Below are positions 51,151 to 61,913 of a stretch of 64,000 nt of DNA, in pieces. How positions within the stretch are numbered: position 1 is the first letter of the stretch; each line of letters begins with the position of its first letter. The notes below the pieces were generated by a model. That model searched no databases and was not told where the DNA came from. It saw nothing but the letters and a program-made list of their open reading frames with translations. The position numbers and the translations under genes are program-made. The stretch covers positions 1-64,000 of the forward strand of contig CP060767.1 in the NCBI GenBank assembly GCA_023205875.1. Reading direction: 5' to 3'. This DNA comes from Chloropicon primus. Lineage: Eukaryota.

Positions 51151-51675
51151 GGATGAAGGGAAGGTTCGTGCTCGGGCGTTAATTGATTTGCTAGATCTGT
51201 GGTGTGTGTCTCGTCCGTGTAGATATCTCATGTTGTGGGAGTGGATAACGATGAGACCCCTCGGGGCCGCCTCTCATCCACCAAATCAATTAACACCCGA
51301 GCACGAACGAAACCCAACAAAGAACGAACCAAGGAAGGAGGAACGAAAGAACAGGACAACAAACGACGACAACCGCGACGATAACCGCGACGAGCCACGC
51401 GAGAACCCTTGCCTTGGTGCCCTTCGCTTGCCTTGGCCACACCAGGGGAACCCAGTGGCGGGACACAAACACAAACAAAACACAAACACACACAACAAAA
51501 CACATAACCATACCATAGAGAGGGAAACGCCACGACACGGCACGACACGACCGTGCGGTCTGTTCCGTCTCTGTCTGCTTCCCCTCGAACCACCACGAGA
51601 AGCATCTCTGTCTCTTGTCTCTTGTCTCTTGTCTCTTGTCTGTTGTTTGCGAACTCTCTTAACTGAAGGACGAGG

Positions 51676-54063
51676 ATGAGGACGAGGATGAGGATGAGAG
51701 GGGAGGGGAAGGGGGTGGGACACCACCTCCTGAACCGGGCCAACACCGCGGGAGCAGCGAGAACGAGGACGACCAAGAGGGTGAACAGCTTGGCGTCCTC
51801 CTCGAATACCTGGGACCCTCTCAGGAGGAGGACGAACAACAACAACAACGACGACCCAACGACGACGTTGGCCACGCTCGTGGCGTCGTGCGGGAGGGAC
51901 AGGAGGGGAACGACGACGACCACCACCTTTGCGGCGACGTCGGAGGAGGTCGTGGCGAGCAACGGGGCGGAGCCACCCGTCAGCGTGAGCAACGGGAGCA
52001 ACGGCGCGACCAAGCTCGCCGTGAACGGGAACGGGGCCAGCCTCGCCAACGGCGCCTCGGTGAGCAGCAACGGGTCCGGCTCCGTGGCCCTCCCCGAGGG
52101 CCTCGAGGAGCGGAGCGAGGAGCCCGAGGCGACGACGGCGGCGACGGCGACCCGCGCCGCGGCCCAGCAGACCCCTGCCGCCGCGCTGGCCAGCGCCTCG
52201 GCGGCCCCGGACCGGTGGAGCCGGCTGAAGGAGACGAGCACGTTCAAGCGCACCGTGGAGATCTGGCGCTTCGTTTTCGTCTTCTTCTTCAAGCTCTGGG
52301 TGGTGAACTCGGCGTGGAGCTACAGCAAGGCCGACAGGGACAAGAGCGCCAAGAGGGGCATCAAGGAGGAGGCCAGGAGCGCGCGAACGGCGGAGTTGGC
52401 CAACTGGCTGAGGGAGAGGCTCGTGACCCTGGGCCCGACCTTCATCAAGATCGGGCAGCAGTTCTCGACGAGGAGCGACATCTTGTCCCCGGAGTTCATC
52501 GCCGAGCTGGTGAAACTCCAGGACAAGGTTCCGGCCTTCTCGTCCGAGCTGGCCCTGCAGACCATCGAGAGCGAGCTCGGCGTCGAGCACTGGAAGGAGA
52601 AGTTCTCCTACCTGGAGGCCGAGCCCATCGCCGCGGCGAGTCTGGGGCAGGTGCACAAGGCCGTGCTCCTGGACGGGGTCACGGACGTCGTGATCAAGGT
52701 GCAGAGGCCCGACCTCAAGGGGCTCTTCGACGTGGACACCAAGAACATCAGGTTCGTGGCGCAGATCTTGCAGGCCGTGGACCCGAAGACGGACGGGGCG
52801 GCCAGGGACTGGGTGGCAATCTACGACGAGTGCTGCAGGATCTTGTATCAGGAGATCGACTACAAGCTCGAGGGGGAGTACGCCGAAGGGTTCAGGAACA
52901 ACTTTTCTGACTTGCCGTGGGTCAAGGTTCCAAAGGTTTACTGGGACCTGACCTCGGAGAAGATCCTGACCCTGGAGTACAGCCCGGGCATCAAGGTCTC
53001 CGACAAGCAGGCCTTGGTCGCCAAGGGCGTGGATCCCGCAGTCATCGCGAGGTACTCGGTCGAGTGCTACCTGCAGCAGATCCTGGTCAAGGGCCTGTTT
53101 CACGCCGACCCTCACCCGGGTAACATCGCCGTGGACGCGAGCAATCCCGCGGACCCAAAGCTCATCTTTTACGACTTTGGAATGATGGGAAGGATCCCGA
53201 ACAACATTAGGAAGGGTCTTGCAGACTTCTTCTACGCCGTCTACAGCAATGACGTCGACGCTGCACTGGATGGGCTGGTGGCAATGAATGTTTTGGTTCC
53301 GAACGCCAACGCGGACATGACCGCAATCAGGAGAACCGGGAGGTTCTTCCTCGACACCTTCAAGACGAGGCTCAGGGAGCAAAGGGAGCAGAGGAAGAAG
53401 ATGAAGGCCCAGTTCGGCGGCAGGGACGGGAGCAAGGCCAAGTCGAAGGAAGAGAAGGCCGAGACGAGGAAGAAGATCTTGTCAAACATCGGGCAGGACC
53501 TCCTGGTCGTGGCCAACGACCAGCCCTTCAGGTTCCCAGCCCTTTTCACCTTTGTGGTGAGGGCGTTCTCGGTCCTGGATGGCATCGGCAAGCAGCTGGA
53601 CCCGAGGTTTGACATCAGCGAGATTTCGGCGCCTTACGCCAGGGACTTGCTCTTGGAGCAGAGGCCGGGGTTCTCCAAGCTGAAGGACAACTACGAGAAG
53701 GGAGCAAAGAGGCAGTGGGATGCCACGAAAGGCCTCTTTGTCGCCCCGCTGAAAATTAACAAGATTGAGGGTATCTTGGATTCGCTGTCGGCGGGCGACA
53801 CCAAGTTGAGGGTAAGGGCCCTTGAAGCGGAGAGGGCGCTTCAGAGGGTGTCCATCATGCAGACGATTACGGTTTGCGTAGTCATGGCTGCAGTTTCTCT
53901 GAATACGGCGACTTTGCTTTCTATTGTAGCGAACACAGCCCCTCCTCTCGTGAGGTCGGCCTGTTTCGCCTTCAGCGCCGTCTTTGGTCTCATGACTTTC
54001 AAGAACTTAGCGACTCTATCCAAGCTCAACAAGAAGGAGAGAAAAATTAGCGGAATGGTGTGA
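51676..54063 (+). CDS. ABC1K8: ABC1/UbiB atypical kinase, ABC1K8 (OSA1)-like, plastid
   Basis: RTVEIW, LGPTFIKIGQQFSTR.DIL, DPK.DGA.RDWVAIYDEC, FHADPHPGN, YDFGMMG, DQPFRFPA. Confidence 0.9.
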   Translation: MRTRMRMRGEGKGVGHHLLNRANTAGAARTRTTKRVNSLASSSNTWDPLRRRTNNNNNDDPTTTLATLVASCGRDRRGTTTTTTFAATSEEVVASNGAEPPVSVSNGSNGATKLAVNGNGASLANGASVSSNGSGSVALPEGLEERSEEPEATTAATATRAAAQQTPAAALASASAAPDRWSRLKETSTFKRTVEIWRFVFVFFFKLWVVNSAWSYSKADRDKSAKRGIKEEARSARTAELANWLRERLVTLGPTFIKIGQQFSTRSDILSPEFIAELVKLQDKVPAFSSELALQTIESELGVEHWKEKFSYLEAEPIAAASLGQVHKAVLLDGVTDVVIKVQRPDLKGLFDVDTKNIRFVAQILQAVDPKTDGAARDWVAIYDECCRILYQEIDYKLEGEYAEGFRNNFSDLPWVKVPKVYWDLTSEKILTLEYSPGIKVSDKQALVAKGVDPAVIARYSVECYLQQILVKGLFHADPHPGNIAVDASNPADPKLIFYDFGMMGRIPNNIRKGLADFFYAVYSNDVDAALDGLVAMNVLVPNANADMTAIRRTGRFFLDTFKTRLREQREQRKKMKAQFGGRDGSKAKSKEEKAETRKKILSNIGQDLLVVANDQPFRFPALFTFVVRAFSVLDGIGKQLDPRFDISEISAPYARDLLLEQRPGFSKLKDNYEKGAKRQWDATKGLFVAPLKINKIEGILDSLSAGDTKLRVRALEAERALQRVSIMQTITVCVVMAAVSLNTATLLSIVANTAPPLVRSACFAFSAVFGLMTFKNLATLSKLNKKERKISGMV

Positions 54064-54156
54064 AGACATGTCCATTATGTTTTGTTACTCTTAAGATTTT
54101 TTTTTCACTTTTATGTTTTTTACACAGTTGTCCTTTCGACCAAGCGATCAAGGCAC

Positions 54157-55450
54157 TTAGCCTTCTTCCATGGGCTGCTGCTCCTCCGCTTGGCCGTCTC
54201 CTCCCGCGGCGCCGGTCTCCGTGGTAGGTGCCTGGGTTGGAACGGAAGGCAAGTCGCCAGCACCGTCCCCGCCCTGAGAGGTGTCGATGGACATCTCCGC
54301 CTCTGCTGCGGCGGCGCCGGTCGCCTCCTCCTGCTCGCTGTGGATCGCATCCACGTACTCTGCAATGTCGTCCCCATCCAATACAAGCAAGGGTTTCCCC
54401 TCTCCCACCAAGGCCACCGTGCAGTTCTGTTTGGTCAGCTTGCCGTCCTTGTCGTCGGCCTTCCTGGTTCCGCAGGACTCCTCCAGGGCCCTCAGCGCGT
54501 GCTTGACGAGTTCGTCCAAGTCGCACTTCTCGAAGTCGTCGAGCTTCTTCTCCAAGTACGTCTTGGAGGCCTGGGAGCGGGCCCCCATGGCGATGGCGTA
54601 GTACTCCCAGTAATTTCCAGAGGGGCACGTCTGGAACAAGTGCGGCCCGGTCTGATCGTGGCCAATGCAAAGGAGCCCGACCCCGAACGGCCTCTTCCAA
54701 GAGCGAGCCGTCGCAACTTGGTGCCTATCCGCAACGTCCCTGACCAGCCTCGCCACGGGGAGAGGGGACTCGTACACGAACTTGTGGTTCAGGCACTCGT
54801 TTCTCATGTACCTGCACAAGATTCTTCCGTCCGCGATGAGGCCGGACACGGCTATGCCCACGTGGTTGTCGATTTTGAACACCTTCTTCTGGTAGGACGA
54901 CAGGTCGGCGTCCTGGGAGAGCTTCAAAGCAGCGAGGACTGCGTGCGTTTTGTTCTGTTGTTGAAGAGAAGAGAGCGCCACCACAAAAAAATGAGAGAGT
55001 CAGACCCTAAAACCTCCAGCAGCAAGAGAGAGAGAGGGGGGGAGCAGTCGACCGGCTCCCCGGGCCCTTGTGTGACTCACCCTTATTCCAACCGCGCACC
55101 CTCCTTGCTTGACGGCTTCCATGGCATACTCGACTTGAAAGATACGTCCTTGGGGACTCCAAGTCGTCACGTCGGTATCGTACTGCGAAAGCAAAAGAAA
55201 GACAAAGAACGAAAAAACATTTCGTCAGTCAGTCCCGCCATACCATCCAAGGACACGTCGGTACACGAGTACGATCGATCTCGCCTCCGATCTCTCGCCT
55301 CCGATCTCTCGTTGGGTTCGTCTTCCTCGCTTCCCCCCACCGCCCCTCTCTGGATGGCGTGGCATGGCATGGCGTGGCACATGGATCTCCCTCGAGCGAC
55401 CCACCCGCTGGCCTCCTCCTCCTCTCCTCACTCACCTGGTTCCTAAACAT
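54157..55450 (-). CDS. PSMA1: 20S proteasome alpha-6 subunit (PSMA1/PAF); exons 55450-55436, 55182-55081, 54954-54157
   Basis: Spliced product [43 protein letters not shown]...; introns 55183-55435 and 54955-55080 are GTGAG..CAG, phase 0. Confidence 0.95.
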
Positions 55451-55710
55451 AGTTCACGGATGGATCTCTCTCTCTCTCTCTCTCTCTCTCGCTTCTCTCG
55501 CCTCTCTCGCCTCTGTGCGTGCGTGCGTACGTGTCGCTCTCGTCCCTTTCCCGACGGACACCAGGAGTAACAAGCCAAGCCGCCTCAACCTAAACCACAC
55601 CTCTCTCTCTCCTCTCTCTTCCGATCGATCGCGCGGCGGTCTGATCGGTCTTCTGGCGCTCTCGATCGATCGCTGGGTTCGCTTCTTTCGCTCTCCGGCC
55701 TCGAGGTCGT

Positions 55711-55738
55711 GTTTTAGGTGTACGGGTGAAACCCTAAT
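55711..55738. promoter_or_regulatory. Telo-box (AAACCCTAA) plus TTTTAGG in the PSMA1/MPP-beta divergent promoter
   Basis: GTTTTAGG at 55711 and AAACCCTAA at 55729-55737; telo-boxes are known housekeeping promoter elements in plants. Confidence 0.45.
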
Positions 55739-56022
55739 GACGGCGATGGAGCGTCTCTGAAGAAGCGAACGGAGGGGGGCGACCAAGAGGGAAGGGAAGG
55801 TAAGGGGGGAGAGGGTGTTAAAGGGGGGGAACGAGGAACGAGGGGGGAGAAAGGGAAATGGGGAGACAGAGAATTGTGTGAAGGACATTCAGGGCTTTCC
55901 AAAGAGGGGTCGGGGGAAGGAATTGGACACGGTTTGAGCATGGAACGAGGGACTAACTTGTGTGGCTTGTCTGTTTGAATGGCATGGCATGGCATGGCGT
56001 GGCGTGACGTGGACAGAAGAGG

Positions 56023-57549
56023 ATGGCTTCCGGTATGAGACTGGGCGCGGCCTTGTTGGGATGCAGAGCCCTGGCCCTCGAGGGGGTGAAGAAGGGACGG
56101 GACGGGGTGAAGCGAGTGTACTCGTCACTCGTTCAAGCGGAAAAGAACGAAGTGTTCACGAAATATGGTACGCCAGTGCCACAGGCACACAGCTTTTTGC
56201 CTGCATTGGGATACGTGCCTCAGGTGAAGGTGACTACCTTGGAGAACGGGTTGAGAGTGGCGACGAGCGCTACCGCTAGCGCGGAGACTGCCGCGGTTGG
56301 CGTTTGGATTGACGCCGGAAGCAGGTTCGAGCTCGCGTCGGATAACGGGGCTGCCCACTTCCTGGAACACATGGCTTTCAAGGGCACGGAGAAGAGGACG
56401 GCCCGCTCGCTGGAGCAAGAGATTGAAAACATGGGAGGCCACCTCAATGCTTACACGTCGAGGGAGCAGACCACGTACTGGGCCCGCGTGATGAAGAAGG
56501 ACACGGGTAAGGCCTTGGACGTCATTGCGGATATTTTGCAGAACCCCAAACTAGAGGAGAGCGCCATCGAGAGGGAGAAGGGCGTTATCTTGAGAGAGAT
56601 GGAGGAGGTGGAGAAGATGCCAGAGGAGGTACTTTTCGACCACCTCCACGCCACGGCTTTCCAGAACACCAGCCTTGGCCGCACCATCTTGGGACCTGCC
56701 GCGAACGTCGAAGGAATGACGAGGGACATGCTTTCCAACTACATCAAGACCCACTACACCGCGCCACGCTTCGTTGTCTCTGCGACGGGAGCCGTGGACC
56801 ACGACGAGATCGTCGAGCTCTCCAAGAAGCTCTTCGGCGACCTTCCAACTGGCGACGGGGCCACCAGCGAGACCTTCTTGGCGTCCGGTCCAGGCCACTT
56901 CACTGGCTCGGAGGTCAGATTTAGGGACCCTGACGAGAAGAAGCTCCACTTTGCTGTGGCGGTCCAGGGCCTGCCTTGGACTGACGCTGATTCCATCCCA
57001 TTGATGCTGATGCAGATCATTCTCGGCGGCTGGTCTTCCAGCGGCTACGGCGACATCGCCTCCGGAAGCATTCATGGATCGTCCAGGCTTGCTTCTAAGG
57101 TCGCGGAGAACAAGCTTGCCGACAGCGTCTCGGCCTTCAACACCCACTACGCGGACACCGGGTTGTTCGGTATGACCGCCGTGTGCGACCCTGCCAAGGC
57201 CCAGGAGCTCGCGTGGGTTATGATGTACGAGTTCGCAAAGTTGTCCTACGAGGTCGAGGAGAGCGACTTGGAGAGAGCGAAGACTGCTTTGAAGGCGGGT
57301 CAGCTCATGGGAGTCGACAGCATCTGCCCATTGGCCGAGGACATCGGAAGGCAGCTCATCACTTACGGAAGGTACATGCCAAAGACCGAGCTCTTTGAGC
57401 GCATCGACTCTGTCTCCGTGGACACCATCAAGGAGGTCGCCAACCGTGTGATTTATGACCAGGACGTCGCCATTGCCGCTGTGGGTGACACCACCATCCT
57501 CCCAGATTACAACTGGTTCAGGAGACACACGTACTGGCTGAGGTATTAA
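56023..57549 (+). CDS. MPPB: Mitochondrial processing peptidase beta subunit
   Basis: VGVWIDAGSRFE, AHFLEHMAFKGT, HLNAYTSREQT, C-terminal LPDYNWFRR.TYWLRY. Confidence 0.95.
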   Translation: MASGMRLGAALLGCRALALEGVKKGRDGVKRVYSSLVQAEKNEVFTKYGTPVPQAHSFLPALGYVPQVKVTTLENGLRVATSATASAETAAVGVWIDAGSRFELASDNGAAHFLEHMAFKGTEKRTARSLEQEIENMGGHLNAYTSREQTTYWARVMKKDTGKALDVIADILQNPKLEESAIEREKGVILREMEEVEKMPEEVLFDHLHATAFQNTSLGRTILGPAANVEGMTRDMLSNYIKTHYTAPRFVVSATGAVDHDEIVELSKKLFGDLPTGDGATSETFLASGPGHFTGSEVRFRDPDEKKLHFAVAVQGLPWTDADSIPLMLMQIILGGWSSSGYGDIASGSIHGSSRLASKVAENKLADSVSAFNTHYADTGLFGMTAVCDPAKAQELAWVMMYEFAKLSYEVEESDLERAKTALKAGQLMGVDSICPLAEDIGRQLITYGRYMPKTELFERIDSVSVDTIKEVANRVIYDQDVAIAAVGDTTILPDYNWFRRHTYWLRY

Positions 57550-57582
57550 ACGTTAGATTAAGATTTAAAAGTTCGATGTCAT

Positions 57583-59499
57583 CTATTTCGACAAAGAATC
57601 CGTGAGCCGGGCTTTGAGGGCTTCCTTCTCCTTCTCTATGGCACCGGCGAGCGCTTGGTTGAGATCCTTGTTCCAACCCTCCAAGCCCTGCATGCTCTCC
57701 ACGATTTCGTTCAAGGTCTTGTCCACGCACTCCATGGCGGAATCGATCTTTGCATCATCCGCGGGCGAAGGTGGTTCTTGCTCTTCCTTTCCTCCTACGC
57801 GGTCCAGCTTCTTCATTAAATCGGCCATCTGTGACGACAGCATGCTCATGTCCTTGGACAGCCTCTCTGCTGACGCGCTCTTTGGGGGTGGCATGGCCTC
57901 GCTGGGAGGGGCAACGTAGTGCCAGCCCGGAGGCAGGACCATCTGGATGCTGGATTGTGCAGTCTTTGCAGGAAGCGGGCTGTCCGAAACAGGCTCCTTC
58001 TTGCCTCCTGGGCTTGACTGTGCGACCGCCCTGGGCGCCTCCTCGGCAACCTGGTCGTCCACACTGTTTGCGGATTCCGCCTTCGCCTTGTTCGGGGAAT
58101 GGTCCTCCTGGGGCTCCCGCTGCGCCCTGGCAGCCTCTGGAGCAGCAGGCGAAGCAACGTCCTGCTCTGGTTCCATTGGCCGCTGGGGCTCTCGTACCGG
58201 CGGAGACTGGACTGGCGGCGACGCGCTCAAGGACGATAGACTCCTGGTAGGTTTGGCAAACATGTTGATGGGCGCCGTTCCGTATGGGTTTTGTGCCGCC
58301 GAAAGCTTTGCCATCCTCTCTATCAACTTCTCCTTCTCTGATTTTTCTGCCTTTGGCTGCTGTGGTTGGTGCGTCTCCTCCTCCACCGATGGAGCTGGGC
58401 TTGCTGGTTGGGACTGCGGGCTCGCTGGCTGTGGCTGCGGGCTCGCCGACCGTGCCTGCACTTGTGGCCTCACATCCTCGGAGAAGGATCCCGTCGTCTC
58501 CTTTCTCGACCGGCCAGAGGAACTCCCCTTGTTCTTCCTGATCTTTGATAGGGTGATCTCGTACGATGAGACTGTGTATACGCAACCCTCGGGTTCCCGG
58601 GTCTCTGCCACGCTTGCCACAAACCCGAGCCTCTTGCTAGCCCTCCTCATCCCCTCTACAGCACGAGAGACCACGCCCGGCACCGAGGATGCCTTCTTGC
58701 CCACTTCAAACTTGGCAACCGATTCGTGCACCATCACGTCGTCCTTGGTGATGCTCCTCGCGTGCAACGACTTGTTCACCCAGGCCGAGAAGATCACTTG
58801 AACCGTGTCGCCAGTGGCCGCAACCTTGTCGTCATCGCTGTGCATGGAGTCCTGGAACAACTCAATCGGCTCGCCGGTCGAGGTCTTCTCGGAGGCAAGC
58901 GTGCTGGCCATCAACCTCGCCGTGGCAACGCTGTACGTGAACTTGTGGGACTCGGCTTGCGAAGGGAAGAGCAAGGACCACGTGCACGTCTCGCCCTCCC
59001 CCGCTGCTGCCGGGGAAACGAAAGCAACGTAGTTGTTGGACTGAGGGACGATGGTGAATTCATCCGTCATCGCAGACCGAAAGAACGGGCTCTTCGTCTT
59101 GTCGTACACCACCAGGGATATCGACCTCGGGGTCTCCTCGATCAGAGCGACGCCAGCAGCGCCACAGGCCATGGGCTCAGTCCCTGTGACGGTCTTGTAC
59201 AGCTGGGATATTGTCGTGGCGTAGAGGACCCTGTTCCCGGCAGAAACCGTGGTGTACCCCCCCGGAGCCTGCTTGCTCACGCTCCCTCGCGCTCCCCCTC
59301 CCCCCCCTATCGAGCTCGTGCTCCCCCCTTTCCTGGGCCTCGTGGAGGGGGAGGGGGAAGTCTTGGGCTCGTACTTGAACGTAGTCACGTTCGCTTCCTC
59401 CGTCGACTGGTCGTCCGTGTCGAACAGAGCTCCCAGCCTCCTCGAGGCTTTCTCGAGCCCTCGCACCTCGTCCTCTTGATCCCCAAACAGCAAGCTCAT
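57583..59499 (-). CDS. FKBP15: FKBP15 (FKBP133/WAFL)-like protein: WH1-like domain, degenerate FKBP domain, Pro-rich region, coiled coil
   Basis: RLGALFD..D....TFKY..K, VPQSNNYVAF...WSLLF.S...KF...VA, QD...GDTVQV.FSAW...VEGMRRASKR...YEITLSKI, KLIERMAKL, collinear with animal FKBP15 N-terminal motifs. Confidence 0.72.
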   Translation of the reverse strand: MSLLFGDQEDEVRGLEKASRRLGALFDTDDQSTEEANVTTFKYEPKTSPSPSTRPRKGGSTSSIGGGGGARGSVSKQAPGGYTTVSAGNRVLYATTISQLYKTVTGTEPMACGAAGVALIEETPRSISLVVYDKTKSPFFRSAMTDEFTIVPQSNNYVAFVSPAAAGEGETCTWSLLFPSQAESHKFTYSVATARLMASTLASEKTSTGEPIELFQDSMHSDDDKVAATGDTVQVIFSAWVNKSLHARSITKDDVMVHESVAKFEVGKKASSVPGVVSRAVEGMRRASKRLGFVASVAETREPEGCVYTVSSYEITLSKIRKNKGSSSGRSRKETTGSFSEDVRPQVQARSASPQPQPASPQSQPASPAPSVEEETHQPQQPKAEKSEKEKLIERMAKLSAAQNPYGTAPINMFAKPTRSLSSLSASPPVQSPPVREPQRPMEPEQDVASPAAPEAARAQREPQEDHSPNKAKAESANSVDDQVAEEAPRAVAQSSPGGKKEPVSDSPLPAKTAQSSIQMVLPPGWHYVAPPSEAMPPPKSASAERLSKDMSMLSSQMADLMKKLDRVGGKEEQEPPSPADDAKIDSAMECVDKTLNEIVESMQGLEGWNKDLNQALAGAIEKEKEALKARLTDSLSK

Positions 59500-60361
59500 C
59501 CCTTCCCTTCCAAATCAATGAACCAACCAATCAGTCGAAGGAAACCTTTTGTTCAAGAGCTTGAGCAGGCAGGCAGAACCCCTAGGATCAGAAGAATCCT
59601 TCCAGAAGAATCAATCTATCAATCTATCAATCTATCACTCTATCAATCCATCCATCCATCCATCCATCAATACCCATCCATCCCAACAAGCAGTGAAGGT
59701 GTTTGTGGTCCCAGTGCCTTGCTCGATGGAGAGATGCTTGTGTCTTGTGTTGGATTGCGTCTGGTGATGTCACGACTGTCCCGTCCTATGCGAGGCAATC
59801 GCCCTCACCTCACCTCACCTTGGCTTGGCTTGCCTTGGCTTTTCTTGTCCTTGGGATTAGGGTACCGCTTGGGTCAAAACTGCTCGGCGGAGGTCGCAGG
59901 AGACGAGAGAGAGGCGGGCGATCAAGGGCGAAGCGCACAAGGTTAGAGCGGGGAGTGAAACACGGGAAGGGTGTCATACGAAAGGTGGACTCACGCTCTT
60001 TCGATTGGCGTGTCACACGTTCGCGTTGGAAACTGGAAAAGTGGAATCAGACGCCAGAACAAAGGTGTTGTTTCGGTCGGTTCGACAAGAACACTTTGGC
60101 TTGTTTTGGATTCCGAGCGAGAGCATTCGGAAGCAATCGATCGACGCTTGTTCCGATCCCCTCGGCACCAATTGCATCGACGCGGGGCCTCGTCGTTCGC
60201 AAGGTTCTTGACAAAGATCTGGTCGAGGAAGTCTTTTCGATTGGATTCGTTCGTTTGTCTGGATTGGAAAGGAGTTGTCCATCGATCGGACGAGGAGTTT
60301 GGTTGGGTTCGAGCTTTTGTGTGTTGAATTGAGGAGAGATAGATAGAAGAGGTTGATAGAG

Positions 60362-61429
60362 ATGGAAGACGGTCCATCGACGTCGCCGCTGGCAGGCAAG
60401 GGGTTCAACTTTGGGGAGCGTTACGACGTTGTCAAGGAGCTGGGCTCGGGGAACTTCGGCGTGACGAAGCTGGTGAGAGACAAGGAAGGTGGGGAGCTCT
60501 TGGCGGCGAAGTTTTTGGAGAGGGGCGAGAGGATTGACACCAACGTGGAGAGGGAGATCCTGATCCACCGCACCATGAGTCACCCGAACATAGTGAAGTT
60601 CAAGGGCGTGTCCTTGTCCCAGGCCGATTTGGTGATCCTGATGGAGTACGCCTCAGGAGGGGAGCTCTTCTCTCACATCCAGAAGAAAGGGAAGATCCCT
60701 GAGAGCGAGGCGAGGTATTTCTTCCAGCAGCTCATCTGCGGCGTCGCGTACTGCCACGTGAAGGGCGTCTGCCACCGAGACTTGAAGCTGGAGAATGCTT
60801 TGCTTCACCGGGAGGAGGATGGCGCGCCGAGGGTGAAGATCTGCGATTTCGGGTACAGCAAGAGCAACTTGCTTCACAGCAACCCGAAGTCGACCGTGGG
60901 CACCCCGGCCTACATTGCGCCTGAGGTTCTGACTCCTGGGAACACGGGGCAGCAGTACAACGGGCAAATTGCCGACGTGTGGTCCTGCGGGGTCCTCCTT
61001 TACGTGATGCTCGTCGGGAGCTATCCCTTCGAGGATCCAAACGACCAGAGAAACTTGAGAAAGAGCATTCAGAGAACTCTGGCCTGCAAGTACAGCTTCC
61101 CCTCCCACGCCTCCATTTCTGAGGAGTGCAAGCACCTTCTGACCAGAATCTTCGTGTTGTGCGACAAGAGGATCACCATCGATGAGATCATGAAACACCC
61201 TTGGTTCCTGGTGAACCTTCCCTTGGAGCTCCAAGCCCAGATGAACCAGAACGCCGCGACGAGTGCGCCGGAGGAGGGTTTGAACGAGCTCGGCCAGAGC
61301 GTGGAGGACATCAAGGCTTGCATCAAGGAAGCGATGCAGGGGCCAAAGTACGACTTCATTATGGACGACGATGACATCGAGATGATGAATGACGAGTATG
61401 GCAGCGGGGAATACATGATGGGAGACTGA
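60362..61429 (+). CDS. SnRK2: SNF1-related protein kinase 2
   Basis: LGSGNFGV, ID.NVEREI..HR..HPNI, ICDFGYSKS..LHS.PKSTVGTPAYIAPEVL, QSVEDI (SnRK2 box), acidic tail. Confidence 0.93.
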   Translation: MEDGPSTSPLAGKGFNFGERYDVVKELGSGNFGVTKLVRDKEGGELLAAKFLERGERIDTNVEREILIHRTMSHPNIVKFKGVSLSQADLVILMEYASGGELFSHIQKKGKIPESEARYFFQQLICGVAYCHVKGVCHRDLKLENALLHREEDGAPRVKICDFGYSKSNLLHSNPKSTVGTPAYIAPEVLTPGNTGQQYNGQIADVWSCGVLLYVMLVGSYPFEDPNDQRNLRKSIQRTLACKYSFPSHASISEECKHLLTRIFVLCDKRITIDEIMKHPWFLVNLPLELQAQMNQNAATSAPEEGLNELGQSVEDIKACIKEAMQGPKYDFIMDDDDIEMMNDEYGSGEYMMGD

Positions 61430-61913
61430 ACGACCTCCCCGCGATCTTTCTCTGAGACCTGGTCCAGGCACTAATGTCCTTCTCCTTTACCCGCTTGTTG
61501 AAGAAGAGGTCCATCCGTATTTTTTTATTACACCGTTTGATCCTGTGGTGCTGGCCGATAGGCACACAAACGCTCTGTTCTCCCCTCCTCCTCGTCGTCC
61601 AACGCTCCTTGCTTGTGTGGCTAGGCATCCGAAACCCAGGGACGGACGTCGTTGTCCAAACTTTGCAGGAGGATGCTCCAGACCGAGCACTCGGAGTACC
61701 CCACCCCACCAACCCTTTGATGTATGCCGGTGTCCCCCTCCTCCCCTCCTCCGGCTGCTGGCACATTGGACGCAGCCAAAGCAGTTTCTGATCGGAGCAC
61801 GGCGCTAGACGGAGGAGCAAGGCTTGGTCGCGGGAGCGTGGTGAAGGGAAGGGACGGTTGGCGTTCGAGAACTCGGTCGCTTGGTCTTCGTCGGTCGGTC
61901 GGGTCGCACACTG

